Shown in pieces: positions 34,501-42,912 of a stretch of DNA of 64,000 nt. The stretch is from the IMG/VR virus record IMGVR_UViG_3300046674_000395, positions 23,566-87,565 of that record. One strand, 5' to 3'. The DNA comes from a virus. A program made the position numbers and the translations under genes. Position 1 is the first letter of the stretch. Each line of letters begins with the position of its first letter. The notes beneath the pieces are model-generated. The model was not told the origin of the DNA and did not search any database. It worked only from the letters and a program-made list of their open reading frames with translations.

Positions 34501-35883
34501 TCAGCTCACCGCCATGTCGCAGAAGCGGCTGTAGTGCCCTTGGAATGCGGCGGTGATTGTGGCCGTGGGGCCGCCGCGATGCTTGCCGACGATGAGGTCG
34601 GCTTCGCCGGCCCGAGGGGATTCCTTGTCGTAGGCGTCCTCGCGGTGCAGGAGGACCACGATGTCGGCGTCCTGCTCGATGGCTCCGGACTCGCGGAGGT
34701 CGGACACCTGGGGCTTCTTCTCGGTGCGCTGCTCGGGCCCGCGGTTGAGCTGGCACAGGACGATGACGGTGACGCCGAAGTCCTTGGCGATCAGCTTCAG
34801 GTTGCGGGAGATCTCGGCGACGGCTTGCTGGCGGTTCTCCGCTCGGGGGGCCTGCATGAGTTGCAGGTAGTCGACGATGACGAGCCGCAGGCCTTTGGTG
34901 CGGACGAGGTTGCGGACTCGGCCGCGGAGGATCGGCAGTGACAGCAGGGCTGCGTCGTTGATCCACAGGGGGGCGGCGGCGATGTCGGGGGCGCGGCGGG
35001 CGGCGCGCTTCATGTCGTCGTCGGTGGCGATGCCCTGCTTGAGGTGGTGGTGGGCGATGCGGGCTTCGGCGGAGAGGACTCGGTCGGAGAGTTCGTCTTT
35101 GCTCATCTCCAGGGACTCGAACAGGGTGGGGATCTTGTTGCGGATGGCGGCGCCGCGGGCGAAGTCTGCGGCGAGGGTGGACTTGCCCATGGCGGGGCGG
35201 GCGCCGATGACGACGAGTTGGCCGGGGGCCCAGCCGCCGGAGAGCAGGCTGTCGAGGTCGATGAATCCGGTGGGGACGCGGTCGTTGTTGGTGGGTGGGG
35301 TGGTGGCGCGTTCGATGCTGTCGAGTAGGAGGTCGCCGATGGGGGCGAGGCTGTCGTCGTCGGTGGGGCGGACGGCGCCGTCGAGGTCGGTCTGGAGGGA
35401 GGCGACGTCGGTGTCTTCGTCGAAGGCCGGCGAGCTGCCTTTGAGGATGGCGTCGTAGCCGAGAGCGACGACGCGGGCGGCGACGGCTTTCTTGGCGACG
35501 CGGGTGGCGTACCAGTTGGCGTTGCCGTAGTGGGCTTGGTTGCACAGCTCCATGAGCTGGTCGGCGTCGGGGACGCGGGTGGGCATGCGGCCGTCGGCGT
35601 GCCAGGTCTCTAGCTGGCGGTGGACGGCGAGGTGCTTGAGTTCGCCGTCGCGGAAGTGGGTGCGGAGTTCTTCGACAGCCCACCAGGTCCAGCGGAGCCA
35701 GTCGGTGGTGATGTCGGCGGGGTCGAAGCCTTCGGCGCCGAGTTCGTCGATCGCGGCGGGCTGCATGATCGCGGTGGCGACGAGGACGCGTTCGGCTTCG
35801 ACGTCGCGGGGCCGCTCGGGCGGGCGCGGGCCGGCGTCGACGACTGCATCGTCGGGGGCCCACAGCTCGGCTTCGGTGGTCAC
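34501..35883 (-). CDS. dnaB: replicative DNA helicase DnaB
   Basis: Walker A GARPAMGKSTLA, ESLEMS, Walker B LVIVDYLQLM, CQLNRGPEQR; 460 aa. Track ORF 34496-35893 is an off-frame artefact. Confidence 0.92.
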   Translation of the reverse strand: MTTEAELWAPDDAVVDAGPRPPERPRDVEAERVLVATAIMQPAAIDELGAEGFDPADITTDWLRWTWWAVEELRTHFRDGELKHLAVHRQLETWHADGRMPTRVPDADQLMELCNQAHYGNANWYATRVAKKAVAARVVALGYDAILKGSSPAFDEDTDVASLQTDLDGAVRPTDDDSLAPIGDLLLDSIERATTPPTNNDRVPTGFIDLDSLLSGGWAPGQLVVIGARPAMGKSTLAADFARGAAIRNKIPTLFESLEMSKDELSDRVLSAEARIAHHHLKQGIATDDDMKRAARRAPDIAAAPLWINDAALLSLPILRGRVRNLVRTKGLRLVIVDYLQLMQAPRAENRQQAVAEISRNLKLIAKDFGVTVIVLCQLNRGPEQRTEKKPQVSDLRESGAIEQDADIVVLLHREDAYDKESPRAGEADLIVGKHRGGPTATITAAFQGHYSRFCDMAVS

Positions 35884-36602
35884 GCGGCTTCACCTCGGCG
35901 GCGGTCCGGGCCCTTGAACACGACGCGCTGGCACATCTCGATGAGCCGGCTGGTGACGCGGTCGCCGAGGCGGTCGCTGATCTCCTTCGGTACCAGGTTG
36001 GAGGTGATCAGCGTCGGCAGGTGGTTCTCGTAGCGCCAGTTGATGAGCCGGAAGTTGATCTCTTCGGTGAACTCAGTGGGCTTGCGTTCGGCGCCGAGGT
36101 CGTCGAGGAGAAGGACGGAGGCGTTGCGGTAGCGGCGGAACTCGGCTTCGGAGTCGATGCCGTGGCGGGGGCGGAGCGCGGCGTACATGTCGGCCGCGGT
36201 GGTGACGACCCAGGTGGCGGCGACGCCGGTAATGGCGAGTTCACGGATGGCACCGTAGGCCTGGTGGGTCTTGCCGGTGCCGGTCGGACCGAGGAGCAGC
36301 AGGGAGCGTCCGCGGGTGACGGAGGCGACGGGGGCGCCGCGCTCGGCCTGGGTTTCGCGGCCTTCGGCAGTGAGCTCCTGGAGCCAGGTCTGGATCTCGG
36401 GGCTGTCGGTAATGGCGCTGCGGTAGTGGAACGGGATGATCTTGTCGGCGGCGACGATGGAGTAGCGGGCGACGTTGGCGACGCTGTACGGGTCGGCGTC
36501 ACCGGAGTTCAGCCAGTCGAGGCTGATGCCGCGGACGGCAAGCAGCTGCTCGAGGTGGAAGCGCTTCGGGTTGATGGGCGGGATCCACTGCATGGTGATC
36601 AC
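35880..36602 (-). CDS. DnaC/IstB-like AAA+ helicase loader
   Basis: Walker A GPTGTGKTH, Walker B LLLDDLGAE, TLITSN. Confidence 0.87.
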   Translation of the reverse strand: MITMQWIPPINPKRFHLEQLLAVRGISLDWLNSGDADPYSVANVARYSIVAADKIIPFHYRSAITDSPEIQTWLQELTAEGRETQAERGAPVASVTRGRSLLLLGPTGTGKTHQAYGAIRELAITGVAATWVVTTAADMYAALRPRHGIDSEAEFRRYRNASVLLLDDLGAERKPTEFTEEINFRLINWRYENHLPTLITSNLVPKEISDRLGDRVTSRLIEMCQRVVFKGPDRRRGEAA

Positions 36603-37501
36603 CAGTCCTGGTGGTAGTCGGAATCGTCTTCGGGATTGCGGTGCGGGCCGTCGGAGCCGGCCGTCGGCGCGGAGTCGAGCGGGTCGTCATAGCTGCCGTT
36701 GTTCAGCCAGGTCGCGGAGTACGGCGTGTAGCGGTCGGCCTTGCCGCCGAGGTGCTGGGCGTAGGCCTTGGCCGCTTTGACGATCAGGTCCGGGTCGGCG
36801 CCTCGACCGAGAGCAGCCCGCCAAGCGGTCTTGGTCTTCTCCGGCTGCATGGGCCGCGGGTAGAGGAGCCAGAAGTCGCCGAACGCTTTCCAGGCGTAGT
36901 CGCGCTCTTCGTCTCCGGCCGCTGCTCGAGCCGAGTCGCGGGCGCCATAAGAGTCTTTTGGTTCAGCTCTTGGTTCAGTCTTTTGGTTTGGGTGACGTGG
37001 GCGTCGCCCCTCCTGCGACGTGGGCGTCACCCCATCAGCGACGTCGGCGTCACCGGTGACGTCCACGTCACCCCTGACGTCCACGTCACCCGTCAAATCG
37101 GACGGTGCATCTTCTGAGCTGGGCTTCTTCTTGCCACCGCGCCGACGGGATGACGCCAGCGCCACCCGTGACGTCCGCGTCACCTCATCCGAGCCGGCGC
37201 GCCCGCCCGGAACGACCCTCTCGAAGGCCAGGTCGTAGACCTCCGGGCGCTTCCCCTCGGGGAGGTGGGCGGCCTTGGACTGGTCGCCGAGGCGGATGAA
37301 GCCGAGCTCGCGGAGCTGCTTGAGGTCACGCTGGACGGAGCGCTCGGCCTTGCAGGCGTAGGCGGCCAGCCGGGCGACCGACGGGTACGCCCCGCGGCCC
37401 TTCTTGTCGGCGTGACGGGCCAGCCCGCTGAGGGTGGCGACGAGCTGCGCGGGCATCGGCGGAGCCTTTTCGAGTGCCCAGTCCATGGCCTCAGTGCTCA
37501 C
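36599..37501 (-). CDS. phage-type replication initiator/replisome organiser (N-terminal wHTH)
   Basis: PSVARLAAYACKAERSVQRDLKQLRELGFI; C-terminal FWLLYPRP...TWLNNGSYDD; iteron array inside the gene. Confidence 0.78.
   Translation of the reverse strand: MSTEAMDWALEKAPPMPAQLVATLSGLARHADKKGRGAYPSVARLAAYACKAERSVQRDLKQLRELGFIRLGDQSKAAHLPEGKRPEVYDLAFERVVPGGRAGSDEVTRTSRVALASSRRRGGKKKPSSEDAPSDLTGDVDVRGDVDVTGDADVADGVTPTSQEGRRPRHPNQKTEPRAEPKDSYGARDSARAAAGDEERDYAWKAFGDFWLLYPRPMQPEKTKTAWRAALGRGADPDLIVKAAKAYAQHLGGKADRYTPYSATWLNNGSYDDPLDSAPTAGSDGPHRNPEDDSDYHQDW
36953..37184. repeat. candidate origin of replication: six 16-bp iterons plus an adjacent T-rich triple repeat, inside the initiator gene
   Basis: YGACGTSSRCGTCRCC at 36993, 37016, 37039, 37057, 37075 and 37169 (two identical copies, tgacgtccacgtcacc); tcttttggtt-type repeats at 36953-36991. 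Confidence 0.75.
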
Positions 37502-37610
37502 TCTGGATCTCTTCTCAAGGAGGGTTGTCTCTTGGGGTGTTCAGCTGTTTTGGACAGCCCTCATGGGGGCGACGTGGCTCGTGGGCCAATCACGCAAGTA
37601 CGAGAATACC

Positions 37611-37667
37611 GTTCGCATGCAGTGTTCGCGAGTACTCTTCGCGCACGCGTAGCGGAACGCTGTTCGC
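37611..37667. promoter_or_regulatory. four (G/C)TTCGC repeats in the divergent promoter region upstream of the replication genes
   Basis: gttcgc 37611, 37624 and 37662; cttcgc 37637; inverted ggaacgc 37654-37660. Confidence 0.5.
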
Positions 37668-37677
37668 GCATGGCAAC

Positions 37678-37887
37678 ATGTGTTGCGTGACCACTGCCGA
37701 GGAGGAAATCCGAGCCGCCGCCCGCAAGCGCGAGCGGTCCAAAGCCGCGTTCGAGCGGGACGACACAGCCCTGCGCGAGCTCTTCGTGAAGTGGCGCGCC
37801 GACGGCGAAGGCCCCTCCGACATGGCCCGCTGGTCCGGCATGACGCGCGAGTGGGTCGCGAAGATCGCACCGGCGCCGAAGTCCTAG
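37678..37887 (+). CDS. hypothetical small protein (only + strand gene inside the early region)
   Basis: ATG 37678, 69 aa, MCCVTTAEEEIRAAARKRERSKAAFERDDTALRELFVKWR... Confidence 0.5.
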   Translation: MCCVTTAEEEIRAAARKRERSKAAFERDDTALRELFVKWRADGEGPSDMARWSGMTREWVAKIAPAPKS

Positions 37888-37911
37888 CTGAGTCACGTCC
37901 CCTCCTCCTCC

Positions 37912-37931
37912 GGCCCCGCCTCAGCGGGGCC
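37912..37931. terminator. bidirectional hairpin
   Basis: ggccccgc 37912-37919 / gcggggcc 37924-37931 between convergent genes. Confidence 0.7.
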
Positions 37932-37946
37932 TTGGTCATGTCCGGG

Positions 37947-38129
37947 CTAGCGGCCCTTGGCTTCGAGCGCGTGGACGATGGCGGCGATCTGCCGCTCGAA
38001 CTCGGCGCGTTCTTCGGCGTCGTTCGGGAAGAGGCGTTCGGCCATCTCCCAGTCGATGACGGCGGACAGTTCGCGGGCGGCGCGGTCGTGGGCCACGCGC
38101 CTGATCTCTGCTTTTCGCTGCGGGTTCAC
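37947..38129 (-). CDS. hypothetical small protein
   Basis: GTG 38129 with GTGA overlap on the methyltransferase stop; 60 aa. Confidence 0.45.
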   Translation of the reverse strand: MNPQRKAEIRRVAHDRAARELSAVIDWEMAERLFPNDAEERAEFERQIAAIVHALEAKGR

Positions 38130-39073
38130 GTGATCGCCGCCTTGATCAGCGCGACTCCGAGCGGCACCGGGCAGGCGTTTCCAACCTGCTGCGCCACGTC
38201 CCCGCCGCTCCACGGCCAGTCCGCGGGGAACCCCTGCAGTCGGCCGGCTTCGGCGGCGGTGAGCCGCGGGAGCTCGTTGCCCGCTCCGTCGATGATCCGA
38301 TTGCGGTTGATCTTCCCGGTGACGGTGAACGCCGGCTCCGAACTCGTCCTGCGCCCGCGGTTCTTCGGATCCCCGCCGGTCCCGTAGTTGGAGACGACGG
38401 TGAACGGTTGCGGCCGGTCGAGGGCCTCCCCCATCGACACCCACGGCAGCAGGGCCGGGTCCCCCTCGGACTGCGAGACGCCCTTCTTGTACGGGCGGTG
38501 CGTGGGCGCCGGGAGCTTGGCCTCGCCGACGAGCCGGGCGATCAGCACGGCCCGCTTCCGGGTCTGCGGCAGCCCGTACTGCTCGGCGGCCAGCACCCCC
38601 GTCGCGACGGAGTAGCCCTCCTCGCGGAGCACGTCGGCGTAGGCCTCCCACACGGGCAGTACCTGCTGGACCTGCTCCAGGACGATCGCGTTGTAGCTGG
38701 TCTCGTAGTCGGCGAGCGCCCACCGCAGCGGTTCGAGGACCAGTGCGGTGCGCGGGTCGGCGAACTCTCGCGGGTCGACGTGCTGTCGGCCGCCCATCCG
38801 CTTGACCGCGTCGATGATCCGCTCCAGTTCGGCGCGGCCTTCGCCGTTGCCGGCGACCGTGAACGTCTGGCAGGGCGGCCCGCCGGTGAGGATCAGGCTG
38901 GGGATGTCGGCGGGCCCGTACTTGGTGACGTCGCCGTGGATGGTGGCGAGTCCGGCGGCGACCCGGGTGGCGACGGCGTTGGCGTCCCACTCGATGCCGA
39001 CCGTGCGGACGCCTGCCCGCTCGGCTGCGAGGCCGAGACCGCCGGGGCCGGCGAAGAGTTCGGTGCCGATCAT
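38126..39073 (-). CDS. DNA (cytosine-5)-methyltransferase
   Basis: Motif I ELFAGPGGLG, motif IV GGPPCQTFT, IVLEQV (ENV-like), C-terminal QGFP...GNACPVPL; ATG 39073. Confidence 0.92.
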   Translation of the reverse strand: MIGTELFAGPGGLGLAAERAGVRTVGIEWDANAVATRVAAGLATIHGDVTKYGPADIPSLILTGGPPCQTFTVAGNGEGRAELERIIDAVKRMGGRQHVDPREFADPRTALVLEPLRWALADYETSYNAIVLEQVQQVLPVWEAYADVLREEGYSVATGVLAAEQYGLPQTRKRAVLIARLVGEAKLPAPTHRPYKKGVSQSEGDPALLPWVSMGEALDRPQPFTVVSNYGTGGDPKNRGRRTSSEPAFTVTGKINRNRIIDGAGNELPRLTAAEAGRLQGFPADWPWSGGDVAQQVGNACPVPLGVALIKAAIT

Positions 39074-39486
39074 GCGGCCCTCCCGAAGATCGCTGTGTAC
39101 TCGTCGCGCATCGGCTGGTCCTCGACGTGCTGCGGGTGTACGCACCGGGCGACGCCGCAGCCGGGCAGGACGAATCCGGCGGGCTCACGCTGATAGCGGA
39201 TGCGGAACGCGATCCGGTAGGCGGACTGCCGGGGTCCTTCGCTGCCGACGCGGACGAAGATGGTGCTGGACGGCCAGATCAGGTGGCCGGCGGCGGTGGG
39301 GACGGCTCGCCGCCAGAACAGGTCTTCGTGCGAGCTGGAGCGGGTCGGTCCGGGCTTGTGTACGGGGAGTTCGAGTCGGGCTCGGATTCCAGCGATGCTG
39401 TCGGTGCGAACGTGGACCTGGCGGGCGATCGCCCGGTCGCTGTAGCCAGCGCGGAGGAGCTCGACGATCTGGGCGCGGGTGCTCAT
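39070..39486 (-). CDS. HTH plus HNH_3-like (probably catalytically degenerate) DNA-binding protein
   Basis: N-terminal HTH LLRAGYSDRAIARQVHV; C-terminal AYRIAFRIRYQREPAGFVLPGCGVARCVHPQHV follows the HNH_3 layout, but Pro replaces the usual His before the first Cys. Confidence 0.6.
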   Translation of the reverse strand: MSTRAQIVELLRAGYSDRAIARQVHVRTDSIAGIRARLELPVHKPGPTRSSSHEDLFWRRAVPTAAGHLIWPSSTIFVRVGSEGPRQSAYRIAFRIRYQREPAGFVLPGCGVARCVHPQHVEDQPMRDEYTAIFGRAA

Positions 39487-39875
39487 GCCGCCTCCCGGTA
39501 GGAGTCGGGGTTGCGGTTCTTCTTGAGGACCCGGTAGACGGTGCGTTCGTCGCAGCCCGCCTGTTCGGCGATCTGCTTGGCGTTCATGCCGCCGCGGTCG
39601 TGGAGCCGCAGGATCGACTCGTGGATGACCTTGCGGTCGATGTGGTTGGATGCGGCTTTGCGTTGGCGCGGGACTTGGCCGGCCCACAGGCCGTGGCGGT
39701 TTCGCGTGCTGGTGGCGCCTTCGACGGCCTGCGCGAAGGCGGCGCACTTCCGCTGGACCGGGCAACGTCGGCAGACGGGGAGCGCCTTGTTGTAGCTGCC
39801 CTGGCCTTCGACGTGGAAGAGGTCGGGGTCGACCGTGGCGCAGGCGGCGTTCTCCATCCAGTCGTAGCGGCTCAT
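39483..39875 (-). CDS. WhiB-like Fe-S transcription factor fused to a C-terminal HTH
   Basis: WMENAACATVDPDLFH...LPVCRRCPVQRKCAAFA (C-x-C-x2-C-x5-C); C-terminus GGMNAKQIAEQAGCDERTVYRVL. Confidence 0.85.
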   Translation of the reverse strand: MSRYDWMENAACATVDPDLFHVEGQGSYNKALPVCRRCPVQRKCAAFAQAVEGATSTRNRHGLWAGQVPRQRKAASNHIDRKVIHESILRLHDRGGMNAKQIAEQAGCDERTVYRVLKKNRNPDSYREAA

Positions 39876-40126
39876 CGCGTGCTCTCCTCTCGGGTCTGGT
39901 CGCTGCCGTAGGTCTGGGCCCACTCGGCGATTTCGATGGCGTTGTTCCAGTGGTCAGCGGCGGCGTTCCAGATGCGCCGGGCCAGGTGGAGGACGGCGTA
40001 GGCGGCGAGGAGAAGGAGCCCGATGACGCTGGCGAACAGCAGCCAGAAGGCGACGTCGAGGGTCCAGTCGTGGATGAGGAGCCAGCCGCCGATCGGGGCG
40101 AGGACGGCTTCGGCGATGGGGCTCAC
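39872..40126 (-). CDS. membrane protein
   Basis: GTG 40126; LAPIGGWLLIHDWTLDVAFWLLFASVIGLLLLAAYAVL. Confidence 0.5.
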   Translation of the reverse strand: MSPIAEAVLAPIGGWLLIHDWTLDVAFWLLFASVIGLLLLAAYAVLHLARRIWNAAADHWNNAIEIAEWAQTYGSDQTREESTR

Positions 40127-40242
40127 GTCCGCCTCCCGGTCAGCTGCTCGACGACGACGGTCACGGCCGCGCACAGGCCGCCGACGACGGCACCCGCGGC
40201 GATCAGGGCCAGGTACGCCTGGGTGAAGGTGAGGCGGCGCAT
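40123..40242 (-). CDS. possible 39-aa membrane peptide
   Basis: Own translation MRRLTFTQAYLALIAAGAVVGGLCAAVTVVVEQL...; 4-nt overlaps on both sides. Confidence 0.38.
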   Translation of the reverse strand: MRRLTFTQAYLALIAAGAVVGGLCAAVTVVVEQLTGRRT

Positions 40243-40580
40243 CAGGCGGCCTCCGCCCGGTCTGCGGCGGTGCGGCGCCGGTAGACGGCGATCGGGTGGC
40301 CCTTGGTGGCGGGTGCCGTGGACGGCACGTAGGTGCGGGTGTGGATCAGGTAGTTGTGGCTCATCCCGCGGAGCACGCCGGGCAGGACACCGCCAGCGAC
40401 GTCGGGCAACTGGGCGCGCAGGTCGTTCGCCGAGACGGTCTCGTGGTCGCGCATCCAGATGAGGACGGCCTGCGCGACAACCTGGCGATCCCAGTCGGAG
40501 GCCTGTCGGACGAGTTGGGTGAGCGTCTTGTCACGGACGTCGCCGGCGACCTGCTCGGCGAGGGTGAGACGGGGGCTCAT
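40242..40580 (-). CDS. hypothetical protein
   Basis: ATG 40580 (MSPRLTLAEQVAGDV...), 112 aa. Confidence 0.52.
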   Translation of the reverse strand: MSPRLTLAEQVAGDVRDKTLTQLVRQASDWDRQVVAQAVLIWMRDHETVSANDLRAQLPDVAGGVLPGVLRGMSHNYLIHTRTYVPSTAPATKGHPIAVYRRRTAADRAEAA

Positions 40581-41335
40581 GAGGCGTTCTCCTCGTCGGT
40601 GAAGAGGTCGGGCTGCGGGGTGTTGTTGCCGCGGGCTTCCCACTGGCGCCGGTAGCGGTCGACTTCGCCGGAGCACTCCTGCCGGGCGTGGAAGGCGGCG
40701 GAGTTTTCGGGGAGGTCGGGGCGCCACAGGTTCGGGCCAGGGAAGCGGGCTGCCTGCTGGCGGCTGGTGATGAACTCGCCGCAGCCGAGGCAGTGGCCGG
40801 GCGGGATATCCATGAGGACGTCGGCGCGAGCGGCCTGCCGGTCGGCCTCGCGTTCGGCGAGTTCGTGGCGGCAGGGCGGGAGTTCACCGCATGCGGAACA
40901 GATCGCGTAGTGCTCGGGCAGGACGTCCCAGGAGTGGCTGACCGGGCCGATCAGGTGGATCGGCTTCTCTTGCGGCTCGCCGTCCGGGACGAGTACGAGC
41001 GCGATGGGGCGGCCGCGCCAGGTGGTCTTCTCCGGCCGGTCGCCGCGGCCCCAGCGCTCCCAGGCGTCGACTGCCGCGGTGAACCGCTCCTCGTACTCCT
41101 CGCCCCACAGGTCGGTGGCCCGTTCGGCGACCTCAACGACACGCCAGGGCTGCCGGTCCCAGACGACGAGGACGCCCGGGGCGAGCTGGACGTAGTCGGC
41201 GAGGATCTGCTTGTGGTGGATGCGCTCTTCCTGCCGTCGCATCGCGGACGACGGCTCACCGATCCGATTGATTGACGTGCGCGGCGGGTGGAAGCCGCCA
41301 CGCTTCGTGGGCTGACTGACGTACCAGCGGGTCAT
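40577..41335 (-). CDS. hypothetical protein with two CxxC pairs
   Basis: 252-aa ORF; CSACG...C and CLGCG. Confidence 0.6.
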   Translation of the reverse strand: MTRWYVSQPTKRGGFHPPRTSINRIGEPSSAMRRQEERIHHKQILADYVQLAPGVLVVWDRQPWRVVEVAERATDLWGEEYEERFTAAVDAWERWGRGDRPEKTTWRGRPIALVLVPDGEPQEKPIHLIGPVSHSWDVLPEHYAICSACGELPPCRHELAEREADRQAARADVLMDIPPGHCLGCGEFITSRQQAARFPGPNLWRPDLPENSAAFHARQECSGEVDRYRRQWEARGNNTPQPDLFTDEENAS

Positions 41336-41404
41336 GGTTCGTGGTCTCCTGGTTCCGGGAGCCGCCGCAGGTTCGGGCCGCGGCGGCTCCCGATCGGGGT
41401 TGGG

Positions 41405-42049
41405 CTAGAACGGCGGGTCGGAGGGGTCGGCGCCGAGGGTGAGTTCGCGGATCCGCTTCTCGATGTCGCCGGTGAGGTCGGCGCCCTCGGCCTTCAGGGC
41501 GAAGGCGAAGCGGCGTGCCTGCTCGGCGTGCCAGCCGTCGTCCTCGCGGCTGAGGAGCATGTCGGCGAGACGGTCCGCGATGACGCGGCGGACGGGCTCG
41601 GGCACGTCGCCGGTGATGTTCGGCTTCGCAGCCCACGGGTCGTCGTGCGGGACGAGGGACGCCGGGGTCTTGTACGCGGACCGCGGGTCCCACCCGTCTT
41701 CGGTGAGCCGATCGTCGACGAGGTCGTCGAGGCCGAGGCCGGCGTCGTCGAGGGTCTTGTTGAGCTCGATAGCCGCGCTCCATCGGGCGGGCTCCCGGCT
41801 GGCAAGTCCCTTGGCGATGTGCGTGGCGACCGCTTCGCGGGTGGCGCACTCGCGGCGACGGAGCAGGGTGTTCGCGTCCCGAAGGTCCGCGGTCCTGGCC
41901 GCCTGTTCCTCGTCGCGGGCAAGGGTGGCGTACCCCTGTCCGATCCAGGCAGCGACCTCGGCGATCCGCATGTCGCCCGGTTCCTCGGTGAGGTGACGGG
42001 CAGCGTTCGCGAGGTGACGCTCGGCCTCGGTGCGGTGGGCGGGGCTCAT
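41405..42049 (-). CDS. hypothetical protein ending in an SSB-like acidic tail (…ADPSDPPF)
   Basis: 214-aa ORF immediately downstream of recT; C-terminal DPPF resembles the SSB C-terminal tip; the N-terminal part does not look like an OB fold. Confidence 0.58.
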   Translation of the reverse strand: MSPAHRTEAERHLANAARHLTEEPGDMRIAEVAAWIGQGYATLARDEEQAARTADLRDANTLLRRRECATREAVATHIAKGLASREPARWSAAIELNKTLDDAGLGLDDLVDDRLTEDGWDPRSAYKTPASLVPHDDPWAAKPNITGDVPEPVRRVIADRLADMLLSREDDGWHAEQARRFAFALKAEGADLTGDIEKRIRELTLGADPSDPPF

Positions 42050-42912
42050 GCGGCACCCGCCTTCTGGGCCGCGGCGGCGCGGAGCTTGGCGGTCAGGTCG
42101 CGGATGGCCTGCGCGGAGACGTGCTCTAGCGGGGCGCCGAGTGCCTCGTAGGCGAGGGCCTCGATGTCGTCGGTGATGCCCTGACCGTCGCCGAAGTCGC
42201 GCAGCTCCCGGACTGCAGAGGTGTGCTCGTCATCGGTGTCGACGTCCACCACGTCTGCGGTGGCGGCCGGCTCCGGGGTGCCGGTGAGAGTGGCGATGGA
42301 CAGCGGCGCCCGCTTCTGCTGGACGGCCTCGCCGTGGGTGTAGCCGTCGAGCTCCTCGGCCGCGTAGGGCATGCCATGCAGCGCGTCGGAGGCGACCAGC
42401 CGGCAGATCTCACCGGTGGCCCGGTTGATCAGCATCGTCTTCGGCTGCTTCTTCCACTGGTCCTTGCCGAGGAGGCCGAGCTGGCGGGCGCGGTCGAGAT
42501 CCCACTCGACTTCCTGCCACTGGTCGGCGCCCTTCCGCCGGCCGCGCATCTTGCAGTAGCTGGCCGTGGATTCGAGGAGTTCGATCTCGTGGCCCTTCGA
42601 CTGGAGCAGGCCGCGCATGGCGTGCGCCCGGAGGGCGGGCTGTCCCTGGATGACGTCAATGGACTTGAGGGAGGTCATCGGCTGGATGCCCAGCTCGTGG
42701 CCGGCGAGGATCACCGCGGTGACTTCGTCCGGCTTGCCGCGGTAGGCGCCGGCCAGGCTGGTGGTGGCGATGTTCGCGGAGATCTGGGAGATGGCGATGG
42801 CATCGCGGGCCCACGCCTCCAGCTCCGACTCGGTCGGCTGGGGGCTGGCGTTGAAGGCGGCGATGACGGCTGCGGTCTCTTCGTCGCGGGTGGCGATTTC
42901 GTTGCTGGTCAC
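42046..42912 (-). CDS. recT: RecT-family single-strand annealing recombinase
   Basis: GTG 42912; IDVIQGQPALRAHAMRGLLQSKGH...WKKQPKTMLINRATGEICRLVASDALHGMPYAAEEL. Confidence 0.82.
   Translation of the reverse strand: MTSNEIATRDEETAAVIAAFNASPQPTESELEAWARDAIAISQISANIATTSLAGAYRGKPDEVTAVILAGHELGIQPMTSLKSIDVIQGQPALRAHAMRGLLQSKGHEIELLESTASYCKMRGRRKGADQWQEVEWDLDRARQLGLLGKDQWKKQPKTMLINRATGEICRLVASDALHGMPYAAEELDGYTHGEAVQQKRAPLSIATLTGTPEPAATADVVDVDTDDEHTSAVRELRDFGDGQGITDDIEALAYEALGAPLEHVSAQAIRDLTAKLRAAAAQKAGAA

Noticed and set aside
34496-35893. 465-aa minus-strand ORF in another frame of dnaB, and similar off-frame ORFs (6007-7152, 6734-7489, 17263-18366, 37947-39188)
   Set aside because: They are extremely R/P/H-rich with no motifs. 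The alternative frame at each locus encodes a recognisable protein.
38126-39486. Type II restriction-modification system
   Set aside because: No credible restriction endonuclease is present. The neighbouring HNH_3-like protein lacks the usual catalytic His, and the other neighbours are tiny unknowns.
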